This document shows, one piece after another, positions 1-7,599 of a stretch of 30,204 nt of DNA. Below the pieces are notes generated by a model. It did no database searches, was not told the DNA's origin, and was given only the letters and a program-made list of their open reading frames with translations. The translations under genes were made by a program, and so were the position numbers. The stretch is from an uncultured Clostridia bacterium (GTDB lineage: Bacteria; Bacillota; Clostridia; Christensenellales; Borkfalkiaceae). Positions within the stretch are counted from its first letter, which is position 1, and each line of letters opens with the position of its first letter. The stretch covers positions 1-30,204 of the forward strand of contig CALVLO010000001.1 of assembly GCA_944338265.1 (NCBI GenBank), read 5' to 3'.

Positions 1-1
1 T

Positions 2-73
2 TTTGAGAAAGTCGTTGTCCACGCAATATTCAAAAAACTGTCCGAGCAAAAACTTCGATTTCTTGACGGTCGC
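2..73 (-). pseudogene. Internal fragment of a phage/ICE-type tyrosine integrase, open to the window edge
   Basis: Manual translation ATVKKSKFLLGQFFEYCVDNDFLK resembles the last helix of the core-binding (SAM-like) domain of tRNA-targeting integrases. In-frame stop at 95-97 upstream and no RBS. Confidence 0.6.
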
Positions 74-266
74 CAATTGCCTGTATTCGTAAGTTTACAG
101 TTTTGGGCTTGTAGGTTTCAATCAAATATCCCTTGAACGCCAATAGGTTCTGTTTTGTGATTTCTCCCGATAATTGCTGATACATTCGTATCGTAAGTAG
201 GTACGATGAAATCGTGTTTTCAGACAAATTGCTCCGCCGAAGGTGTGCTTCAAATTCTTCTAACAT
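30..266 (-). pseudogene. Truncated XerC/D-like tyrosine recombinase (N-terminal SAM-like domain only), of the type found in type I R-M loci
   Basis: LSENTISSY...LLAFKGYLIETYKPKTVNLRIQAI N-terminal motifs and RBS AGGAGG. Similarity stops at about position 75; no catalytic domain. Confidence 0.75.
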
Positions 267-309
267 AGGTAATCCTCCTAAAAAAAGTAGTATATAAATT
301 TTACTCTTT

Positions 310-777
310 TTAGAGAAAAACCTCGACTATGTATCCTTTTCCATTATTGATTTCATTTTGATAACGAGCCAAAAGCTCCTCAGGTGATGGAAAATCATCT
401 AAACCTATTTCTCGTTCGATCCCTGTAATAAAATCATACTCTTGAAAAGCATCGCCGTTGGAACTATATGCGAACGGAACATCGAGCATTTGAGCATAGA
501 GTTTGGCTTGTTGCATACCAAACGAAACGCCGTGATTGTTATCTTTGGCTTCAACAACAGCGAGAGGGTTGTTTTTGCTTAAATAAAGTATGTAATCGGC
601 TTTTTTTGGAGCTTCGCGGCTGACCAGATTCCCGCGTAAATTCACCTTGCCGTCTGTAAATTTGACCTTCGTTTCCATTGTAATTTTATCCTGCCAGCCC
701 TTTTCTAAAATTGCTGGAGTAATAAAATTTAATTTTATATCTTCTTCAGTCATTTGTTTTTTATCAATAATGCTCAT
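310..777 (-). pseudogene. hsdR: Truncated type I restriction subunit R (EcoAI/EcoEI-like), N-terminal nuclease domain only
   Basis: MTEEDIKLNFITPAI...KKADYILY...LAVVEAK...QQAKLYAQMLDVPFAYSSNG is the HsdR_N signature. 155 aa with no DEAD helicase domain. RBS TAGGAG at 784-789. Confidence 0.85.
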
Positions 778-796
778 AGTTCGCTCCTATGTTCCT

Positions 797-805
797 ATTA
801 TACCA
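797..805 (-). promoter_or_regulatory. Extended -10 promoter for hsdR fragment
   Basis: TGGTATAAT on the minus strand just upstream of the RBS; no clear -35. Confidence 0.5.
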
Positions 806-839
806 TATTATCGGAAGTTGAAGGATAAAATTAGCGCGT

Positions 840-1454
840 TTAATCCCTGCTTATAATATTTGCTAAACTCAAACTCCAAACGCCTTGAGTTCCCCTAAAA
901 TCATCATTAAAATATTTTGCAGTTCCATTTTTTAAATCTTTGTCAAACCTAATGATGGCAAAACCGTGGTGGATTCCCATTGTGCCTTCTTTTTTCTTTG
1001 GTTCATTTGTATAATTATAACTTAATTTTATTTCGTTTACACTGATAGACATAAATGTTTCGAAATTCTCTGATTGTGAATTATCAAACAACCCTTTAAT
1101 TGATATTTTATTAAAAGTCTGGTATATTTTTATCAGTCCATTATATGTATATCCCAGGGAATTTTCACCTTTTATATTCCAAATACCATTTAAATTTGGT
1201 AAATTTAAAAGCTTCATGAATACTTTTGTTTTCCATAATTTTGTATCAAACACCCATTTGAGAAAAGCATCTATTCCGCCAAGGCTAGGAAGAATAAGGA
1301 TATTTAAATAAATTATCCATACATTTGTTACCGCTATATCGCTTACAAGAATATTAAAGGTTATCATTATAAATGATGCAAATATAAGACTAAAAATAAA
1401 AATCAAACGATTTACTTTATCTCGAATATTGTTGTCAATAGCGTAATTTTTCAT
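840..1454 (-). CDS. cap15: CBASS effector, Cap15-like (2 TM + beta-barrel, SMODS-associating 2TM-beta)
   Basis: Two N-terminal hydrophobic helices; PNLNGIW, IYQTF..ISI, YNYTNEP and HHGFA..motifs. ATGA overlap with the upstream CD-NTase. Confidence 0.85.
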   Translation of the reverse strand: MKNYAIDNNIRDKVNRLIFIFSLIFASFIMITFNILVSDIAVTNVWIIYLNILILPSLGGIDAFLKWVFDTKLWKTKVFMKLLNLPNLNGIWNIKGENSLGYTYNGLIKIYQTFNKISIKGLFDNSQSENFETFMSISVNEIKLSYNYTNEPKKKEGTMGIHHGFAIIRFDKDLKNGTAKYFNDDFRGTQGVWSLSLANIISRD

Positions 1455-2377
1455 ATGTTGTATTTCCCAGCTAATACATTTTTTAGGATACCAATAAAAA
1501 ATATAGCATCGTTTTTATTCCACTGTGTGCTACGAGAACCAAATAATCGCCATTGTTTATGCTGACATTGAAAATTATCCAATGGTGTCATCAATAAAAA
1601 ATCGATTATATTATTAAGAGTTTTTAAACAAGATGTTTCAAAACAACGGCTTGGCACATTATAAATCAAATTTTCAATAAAATATGAGCTTGCAAGATTT
1701 TCACTTATAATATTTTTATCGACCAATAATGATTTAATTTTTTTTATGAACCTAACGGTCATTTTATAATTTCCATCTGTTGTCTTATTTTTATTATGTC
1801 CGTTTTCAATATGTTGCTTAGGGAAATTTACAATAATATCGTCTGTTTCAGTATTATCAAACGATATGCCAGCATCGAAATGGCTTGTACTATCTGGATT
1901 TTGTAACGAGAATGAACGGTACTTTTTATATAAAAAACAAGGAACAACATCAACTTCGATCGATGGATTTTGTAATATTATTTTAAGTGATTTAGGCTTA
2001 TAAAAAACTGATTTAACTCTTGTATAATGAGAAATAGCAGTTAATAGTTCATGATATATTGTATTTTTATATTGCTTAAAACTCAAGTTCGCTTTCTCAT
2101 AATATTTGTTTCTCTCTATTTTTGCGTAATCTGTTAGAGCACTATCGTCATATCGAAAAACTCCGTTATACTGAAAAACAATATCAACATCGGAATCGCG
2201 TTTAATATTTGTTGCATTTGCATAAGAGCCTTGTAAATAAGCTTCAAAATCATTATGGTGCGCAACAACAATAGGTAACCTAAACAGAGTTTCTTTTACG
2301 AAATGATACGCATTGGAACTTAAGTCTGTACTTTCTTGAATTGACCATTGTAATAATTTTTCTTCAGTTATAAACAT
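1451..2377 (-). CDS. cdnE: CBASS CD-NTase, CdnE-like (clade E)
   Basis: LQGSYANATNIKRDSDVDIV (GS...DxD), EVDVVP third acidic residue, NFPKQHIENG, YKMTVR, SYFIENLIYNVP. Confidence 0.9.
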   Translation of the reverse strand: MFITEEKLLQWSIQESTDLSSNAYHFVKETLFRLPIVVAHHNDFEAYLQGSYANATNIKRDSDVDIVFQYNGVFRYDDSALTDYAKIERNKYYEKANLSFKQYKNTIYHELLTAISHYTRVKSVFYKPKSLKIILQNPSIEVDVVPCFLYKKYRSFSLQNPDSTSHFDAGISFDNTETDDIIVNFPKQHIENGHNKNKTTDGNYKMTVRFIKKIKSLLVDKNIISENLASSYFIENLIYNVPSRCFETSCLKTLNNIIDFLLMTPLDNFQCQHKQWRLFGSRSTQWNKNDAIFFIGILKNVLAGKYNI

Positions 2378-2408
2378 TATTTGCTTTCCTTTTTAGATTT
2401 TTTCTATC

Positions 2409-3275
2409 TTACATTGCATTCAAATTTTTCGTAATTTCTGTAAAGAACTCTGTGCTCCAAATATTCAACTTGGTTTTGTCTTTAATAAAGGGAATTACGT
2501 CTTGTTTGGCTTGTTCATAGTCGATTTCTGCAAAGCGTTCGTTCAGCATGGAAATCAGGGTTTCGCGGGTAAGGTTGAAATCCTTGTCGATAAATCCGGA
2601 GTCTACAAGTCGTGCTTTCAGGTGTGGCATATTGACTGCAACGTTTCGAGAGAGATAGAAAATATAATCGTATAAGTCCCTGCCTTTGACACGGGTTTTC
2701 CATGCGCGGCAGATTACGGCGTGAAGTTTGCCCGCGAACAACGAAGGCATATCATACAGTTTCACTTGATAAGGCGACGGCAGCAGTCGGTACTTGTTTT
2801 CAAATGTCGCAAAGGCCGGAGGATTTGTATCGACTTCAAACTTGATTTTTATTACTTCAGACGGATTGATTTTCGTCGCACTCTGCTCGTCGTTGTAAAC
2901 GCTTAAAATGTGTTCCTTGGTGTTGCCTTTCAAAAAAGCCGATTTGACATTGGAGTCTGCTGTTTTGATTTTTTCTTCCACCTTGAAGTTCAGTCCGACG
3001 GCATGCAATTCGCTCTCTAAAACCGAAAAATATTTTTTCAATTCAAAACCGGAATCGGGCGCTACCAGCGAAAAGTCCAGGTCTTCGGAAAATCGGTCAA
3101 GTCCGTAAAAGATACGCAGCGCCGTACCGCCGTAAAACGCGGCGTCCTTAAAAAAGCCCGCTCGGGAAAGTCCGCATAGCGCGACTTCCTGTATTACTTC
3201 TGTCAGCGCGTTTTTTTCGTCGCTTTGCGACTGCGCGGGATATAGCGCAAGCATTTGGCTTAAAATTGTTTGCAT
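2409..3275 (-). CDS. abiEii: AbiEii-family nucleotidyltransferase toxin (type IV TA / abortive infection)
   Basis: FYGGTALRIFYGLDRFSEDLDF and KGRDLYD motifs intact; abuts the antitoxin gene. Confidence 0.9.
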   Translation of the reverse strand: MQTILSQMLALYPAQSQSDEKNALTEVIQEVALCGLSRAGFFKDAAFYGGTALRIFYGLDRFSEDLDFSLVAPDSGFELKKYFSVLESELHAVGLNFKVEEKIKTADSNVKSAFLKGNTKEHILSVYNDEQSATKINPSEVIKIKFEVDTNPPAFATFENKYRLLPSPYQVKLYDMPSLFAGKLHAVICRAWKTRVKGRDLYDYIFYLSRNVAVNMPHLKARLVDSGFIDKDFNLTRETLISMLNERFAEIDYEQAKQDVIPFIKDKTKLNIWSTEFFTEITKNLNAM

Positions 3276-3863
3276 TTATTTTCCTCCGTTAATCAGCTTT
3301 ACAAGATACTTGTGATTAGTCGATTTATAGAGCGGCGCTAGTTGTTTGATGTCGTCTAGATTTAACTGCCAAAAGTCGTTTTCATCGACGCGCAAATCTT
3401 CGAACAGTAACGCCCGCATTGCTTTGACCGAGCCGACGGGCGATATGGTGTACAGCTTGTCGCATAGCGCCTTTTCGGGAGTGGCGATCTGATAGGAATA
3501 ACCGTTTTCTTCCCGAATTTCCACGCCAAAATGATAAACTGCGGCAGGCACATCCCTGTATGTGAAGACTCCGAACGCGTTATTGTACTGCTTCGCTTTG
3601 CCTTTACGGAAGGTCGCGGAAGTGTAAGTCCGAAAAATCGCTTCGGGAATCAACGAACACATCGACAGTACATAATCGAAAGAAAGATAGGATGGGCCGT
3701 AGATTGTGCCCGCAAGATATTTGCCATCAGCACGCGCATCGGTTTCGTATAATCCGCGCGCGATTTGCGTTAATCGCCCCGATTGTACTTCGCGGCGAAT
3801 CTTCCCTTTTACATCGGTGTAATCTTTGAATTGTAATGCCAAACTGTCAAATGTTAAAACCAT
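3276..3863 (-). CDS. abiEi: AbiEi-family antitoxin / transcriptional regulator
   Basis: N-terminal wHTH (IARGLYET), PSYLSF..LS..SLIPE and ATPEKALCD motifs; RBS AGGAGA. Confidence 0.85.
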   Translation of the reverse strand: MVLTFDSLALQFKDYTDVKGKIRREVQSGRLTQIARGLYETDARADGKYLAGTIYGPSYLSFDYVLSMCSLIPEAIFRTYTSATFRKGKAKQYNNAFGVFTYRDVPAAVYHFGVEIREENGYSYQIATPEKALCDKLYTISPVGSVKAMRALLFEDLRVDENDFWQLNLDDIKQLAPLYKSTNHKYLVKLINGGK

Positions 3864-3883
3864 TGTTTTCTCCTGTTGGTTTT

Positions 3884-3912
3884 ATTATATCAAACTTTTC
3901 GGTGAAAATCAA
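3884..3912 (-). promoter_or_regulatory. sigma70/sigmaA promoter of abiEi-abiEii(-cdnE-cap15) with overlapping palindrome
   Basis: TTGATT (3912-3907), 17 bp, TGA-TATAAT (3889-3884). TTTTC-GGT-GAAAA palindrome at 3896-3908. Confidence 0.7.
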
Positions 3913-3990
3913 TATATTTTAGAAGATTCGATATAATTATTTCGTGAAAAAGTAAGGCTTAAGATAATACCGAGATATTGCCGTATTTAA

Positions 3991-4010
3991 ATCAGGTCAA
4001 ATTAGGTCAA
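3991..4010. repeat. 10-bp tandem repeat, candidate integrase arm site
   Basis: ATCAGGTCAA ATTAGGTCAA. Confidence 0.45.
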
Positions 4011-4120
4011 AAAATGCGATATTCTTTGTATTTGCTTTTTAAAATCACTCCGCAAGCCAGACCAAATAATACCCGTCAAAAACGCTATCAAACTGACCGA
4101 AACGATCTGAAAAATCTAAA

Positions 4121-4168
4121 ATGGTGGTAAATGGTAGTAAAAGCAGCAAAAAACCATTACTACCATTT
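4121..4168. repeat. 10-bp tandem repeat plus inverted copy, candidate integrase arm sites
   Basis: ATGGTGGTAA ATGGTAGTAA. AAATGGTAGTAA (4129-4140) is the exact reverse complement of 4157-4168. Confidence 0.55.
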
Positions 4169-4195
4169 TTCTTTAAATTGTATTAAAATAATAAG

Positions 4196-4250
4196 AAAAC
4201 GGCGGAAAAAGCACAAGATACTGTGTCTTTTCCGCCGTTTTTATTTTTTT
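4196..4250 (+). terminator. Intrinsic terminator-like hairpin at the island end
   Basis: Perfect 14-bp IR AAAACGGCGGAAAA (4196-4209) / TTTTCCGCCGTTTT (4228-4241) followed by a T-run. Confidence 0.6.
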
Positions 4251-4271
4251 AGAGCACTTCCTCTTTTTGCA

Positions 4272-4329
<58 letters not shown>

Positions 4330-4376
4330 AAAAAAGCGCCCTGATGCCGAGAAATACGGCTTTAGGGCGCTTTCTT
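4330..4376 (+). terminator. Terminator hairpin downstream of the tRNA fragment (also faces the convergent gene)
   Basis: AAGCGCCCT...GCCG-AGAAATA-CGGC...AGGGCGCTT stem. Confidence 0.65.
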
Positions 4377-4379
4377 ATC

Positions 4380-5207
4380 CTAAAATTTTCCCAATGCCCA
4401 GCCGAGCTTTCCTCCCGCAAGGAGATGCCGCTTCACGCTCCGCTGCAGCGAAGTTTGCTCGGGCAACGCTTCGTAGGCGACGGCGGGATCGGGATAGATC
4501 CATTCGAGAAACGCCGTGCTATCCTCCTCCGTGCGCAGAATGCGGAAGCGGCGCTGAAACTTTAAAATATTCGAGCTTGCGGGGAGCAATTCCCGCAGCG
4601 TGGGCACGAGCATCCAGGAATCACAATCCATTTCCGCCTGCGCAAAGGCGGGATAATATTCGGCAAAAAATCGCTTTGCAGCGGCAACGGAGTCCGTAAC
4701 GGAGCGCTCAGAAAGGTCGGCATCGAACGGGATATGCAGATAGATCTTTCTATCGCCGTCTTCTTCCGTCATCTCGTATTCAAGCGCGCCGAGGCGAAAT
4801 TCCCGCATGGAGAGCTGCCGCGGGAACCACCAGCCCCAACGGAAGGCGAGCGTGCCCCGCTTCCGCGCATCGTCTGCAAGAAAGCGGGAGAGAAACTTCA
4901 TTGTATCCCAATAGACCGCCTCGCCGATGCCCTTTGCGGCATAGTCCGCGTGCGTGCGCACCGCACAGCGGCAGAGGTAGACGAAAAGCTTCATGCCGTC
5001 CGCATCTGCGCCGAGCAGGGTGTGCGCCGCCTCGATCCCCTTCTCGTAAGCCTTCCCTTCAAACAGCGGCGCAAGCAGCGGCAGGGTGAGCACTTGGGGG
5101 AATTGGCGGATGACGCGCTCCGCGCCTCGCCGCCCCGCCTCGCTCAAACCGATCCCGCAAAAAAAGCGATCCAAGTTCTCTTCTTCCGATTTTCCGAAGA
5201 TCTCCAT
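4380..5207 (-). CDS. GNAT-like acyltransferase domain protein (DUF5596-like family)
   Basis: FRLGALEYEM, LHIP, CDSWML, SNILKFQRRF pattern. Own promoter TTGCTT (5259-5254), 17 bp, TATCAT (5236-5231). Confidence 0.6.
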   Translation of the reverse strand: MEIFGKSEEENLDRFFCGIGLSEAGRRGAERVIRQFPQVLTLPLLAPLFEGKAYEKGIEAAHTLLGADADGMKLFVYLCRCAVRTHADYAAKGIGEAVYWDTMKFLSRFLADDARKRGTLAFRWGWWFPRQLSMREFRLGALEYEMTEEDGDRKIYLHIPFDADLSERSVTDSVAAAKRFFAEYYPAFAQAEMDCDSWMLVPTLRELLPASSNILKFQRRFRILRTEEDSTAFLEWIYPDPAVAYEALPEQTSLQRSVKRHLLAGGKLGWALGKF

Positions 5208-5280
5208 CCCCTCTTTCCCCCGTTTTTTTGATGATACACCACCGCTGCGAAAAAAGCAAGCGCTGCACAGAAAAAAATAT

Positions 5281-5302
5281 GCGGGCGCCGAAAAACGCCC
5301 GC
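5281..5302 (-). terminator. Intrinsic terminator after the GH27/Cys-rich gene pair
   Basis: GCGGGCG/CGCCCGC stem followed by a T-run on the minus strand. Confidence 0.55.
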
Positions 5303-5328
5303 AAAGCTACCTGATACACAGCGGTAAG

Positions 5329-5529
5329 TTACAATTGCAGCCCGGCGAAGAGGGCGCAGCCCGCACGCTGAAACTCGCGCGCCTTCTCGATAAGCAACGC
5401 GCGGGAGACGGCAAACTTTTTAGCAAGGCAGCCGATACAATAGTACGTTTGACTGCCGCGGTTGACAAACTTTTTTGTGAGCGCCGCATCGAGCGGCGTG
5501 ACGGCGGCGCCGCAGCATAGACACGTCAT
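5329..5529 (-). CDS. Small (66 aa) Cys-rich putative Zn-binding protein
   Basis: MTCLCCG...YYCIGCL...GCALF (two CxxC pairs plus a C-terminal Cys). ATG overlaps the GH27 stop (ATGA). Shorter than the ORF-track call. Confidence 0.7.
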   Translation of the reverse strand: MTCLCCGAAVTPLDAALTKKFVNRGSQTYYCIGCLAKKFAVSRALLIEKAREFQRAGCALFAGLQL

Positions 5530-6677
5530 GCCTTGACGACCTTCCCGCAGTAGACGGCGCAGGCGTGCGGTGCGAGCGTAACGCAGACGGAACCGCACTG
5601 CGGGAGGCACTTTTCCCCCGTGAAGCAATCGCAGAGTTCGAGCGTTCTGCCCGAGGGAACGCCGAGCCCGACCTCATCGAGCGTGCACTCCATGCGGCGC
5701 TCTTCCTCGGTAAAGTTGAAAAATCCGAGCGCCACATCGCCGTTCTCGAGCATGCGCGCCAACATATAGTAGCGGTTCTCGGAGGGATCATCCTCGAAGG
5801 CGCCCTCGTAGGGAAGGATGCGGTAGGTCTGCGCGCAGAGCGCATCCTGATCGAGGGCGATAAGCATGGGATTTGTGAGGAGCGCGCGCGTTGCATCGCT
5901 CATATTGCGCACGTCGCAGCCGATCATGAGCGGCGATTGCAGGAAGCACCAAGCGGCAAAGTGCGTGCGGTACTCCTCATCCGTACAGCCGCCCAGCCCG
6001 ACGTGCCCCTTGCCGTGCATCCCGACCACGAGCATATCCATATCGTTAAAGCACCCGCGCCCGCCGTAGGGCAGGATGGACATCTGCCTGTGGAACAGAT
6101 CGCAGATGCTCTTCCAATTATCGAAAATATCCCCCGTCGAGCGCCACATGCCGGCGCCCGTTGTGCGGATCCACTCGTGCGTTTTGTCTGCGCCCCAGCT
6201 GCAGCCCGAAAAGAGGATATCCCGCCCGCTGTTGGCAAGGGCGAGGCGCATGGTGCGGTACAGATCGTCTCCGCTGCGGTTCTTGGGTTTGAAGCAATAG
6301 TCGTATTTGAGGAAGTCGACGCCCCACGCCGCAAAGGAACGGGCGTCCGTCCACTCGTGATCGAGCGAGGAGGGATAGCGCGCGCACGTCATCCGTCCGC
6401 AGCAGGAATACATGCCGAACTTCAGCCCCATGGCGTGAATGTCGTCGGCGAGCGCCTTCATCCCGCGGGGGAACTTGGCGGGATCGGGCACGAGCTTTCC
6501 GTCCTTGCCCCGCTCTTTGAGCGCCCAGCAATCGTCGATCACGACGTATTTGTAGCCCGCCTGCGCAAGCCCGCTCTTTTTGAGCGCCCGCGCGCTCTCC
6601 AAAATGAGCGCCTCATCGATGTTCTCTGCATAGGTGTTCCAAGAATTCCAGCCCATCGGCGGTTTGTTCACGATCAT
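5526..6677 (-). CDS. GH27 alpha-galactosidase
   Basis: PPMGWNSW, IDDCW, DFLKYDYC, WRSTGDI and NDMDML motifs. Confidence 0.92.
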   Translation of the reverse strand: MIVNKPPMGWNSWNTYAENIDEALILESARALKKSGLAQAGYKYVVIDDCWALKERGKDGKLVPDPAKFPRGMKALADDIHAMGLKFGMYSCCGRMTCARYPSSLDHEWTDARSFAAWGVDFLKYDYCFKPKNRSGDDLYRTMRLALANSGRDILFSGCSWGADKTHEWIRTTGAGMWRSTGDIFDNWKSICDLFHRQMSILPYGGRGCFNDMDMLVVGMHGKGHVGLGGCTDEEYRTHFAAWCFLQSPLMIGCDVRNMSDATRALLTNPMLIALDQDALCAQTYRILPYEGAFEDDPSENRYYMLARMLENGDVALGFFNFTEEERRMECTLDEVGLGVPSGRTLELCDCFTGEKCLPQCGSVCVTLAPHACAVYCGKVVKA

Positions 6678-6775
6678 CTCTTGACCTCTCTTTCCCGTTG
6701 TGATATACTTGGATTATAGCAGAAAATGTTTCAAAAGCAATATGTTTTTGTCTCATTTTTATGGAGAAATGTTGC

Positions 6776-7549
6776 ATGGACGATTTTTTACAGCTCATGT
6801 GGACGGGACGACAGGCGTGCAAGCCCGCCTACAGGGTGGGACCCTATCCGCGCAACTGCTACATTTTGCACTACATCCTCGAAGGGCGGGGCAAGGTGCG
6901 GGCGCACGGCGTTGAGACGACGGTGGAGGCGGGGCAAATGTTTGCCATCTGGAAGGGTGAGAGCCTCGTCTACTGTGCCGACGAGCAGGCGCCGTGGACG
7001 TATGTTTGGGTGGATTTTGACGGCGAAGCCGCCTACGGGCTTCTCGCGCAGACAGGGTTTTCCCGCACGGCGCGCGTCTCCCCCACGCTCGAACGGCAGA
7101 TATTTGAACCGCTCTTTGAGCGGCTGCACGCCGCCAATGCTTCGCGGCTGCCGCATGAGGGCTGCGCCGCCCTGCTCGCCCTCTTTTCCGCGCTCATCCG
7201 CGCCTTCCCCGCCGACCGCGCCCCGCGCCTGAAAGCGGCGGAACGCGCCGCGGCGATGCTGCGGGCGGGATTTTCCGATCCCAACCTCCGCATCGACGCC
7301 ATCGCCAAAGCAGAGCACCTGAGCCGTTCGCAGCTCTACCGCCTCTTTTACGGGGAATACGGCGTCTCGCCCAAGTCTTACCTGCGCACCTTGCGCCTCT
7401 CGCTCGCGCGGCGGCTCCTGCAAGAGCACGCCCTCTCCGTTGCGGAAGTTGCCGCCTCCTGCGGCTATACCGATCCCCTCTACTTTTCTGCGGACTTCAA
7501 GCGCGAGTACGGCGACTCCCCCAAGGCATTCGCCAAGAAGCTGCCATAA
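6776..7549 (+). CDS. AraC-family transcriptional regulator
   Basis: N-terminal cupin and C-terminal double HTH (VAEVAASCGYTDPLYFSADFKREYGDSP). Divergent from GH27. Start placed at the ATG after GGAG. Confidence 0.9.
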   Translation: MDDFLQLMWTGRQACKPAYRVGPYPRNCYILHYILEGRGKVRAHGVETTVEAGQMFAIWKGESLVYCADEQAPWTYVWVDFDGEAAYGLLAQTGFSRTARVSPTLERQIFEPLFERLHAANASRLPHEGCAALLALFSALIRAFPADRAPRLKAAERAAAMLRAGFSDPNLRIDAIAKAEHLSRSQLYRLFYGEYGVSPKSYLRTLRLSLARRLLQEHALSVAEVAASCGYTDPLYFSADFKREYGDSPKAFAKKLP

Positions 7550-7570
7550 AACGCTGTCCCGCACGGCGAT

Positions 7571-7599
7571 AAAAAAACAGGGCGATGCCCTGCTTTTTT
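7571..7599. terminator. Bidirectional terminator
   Basis: AAAAAACAGGGC-GAT-GCCCTGCTTTTTT between convergent genes. Confidence 0.75.

Noticed and set aside
840-2408. Type II/III CBASS with ancillary Cap2/Cap3 or HORMA/Trip13 genes
   Set aside because: No such genes flank cdnE-cap15 in the window; the system is type I.
5329-5628. 99-aa version of the Cys-rich ORF
   Set aside because: The extra N-terminus overlaps GH27 coding sequence; the ATGA-coupled start at 5529 is more plausible.
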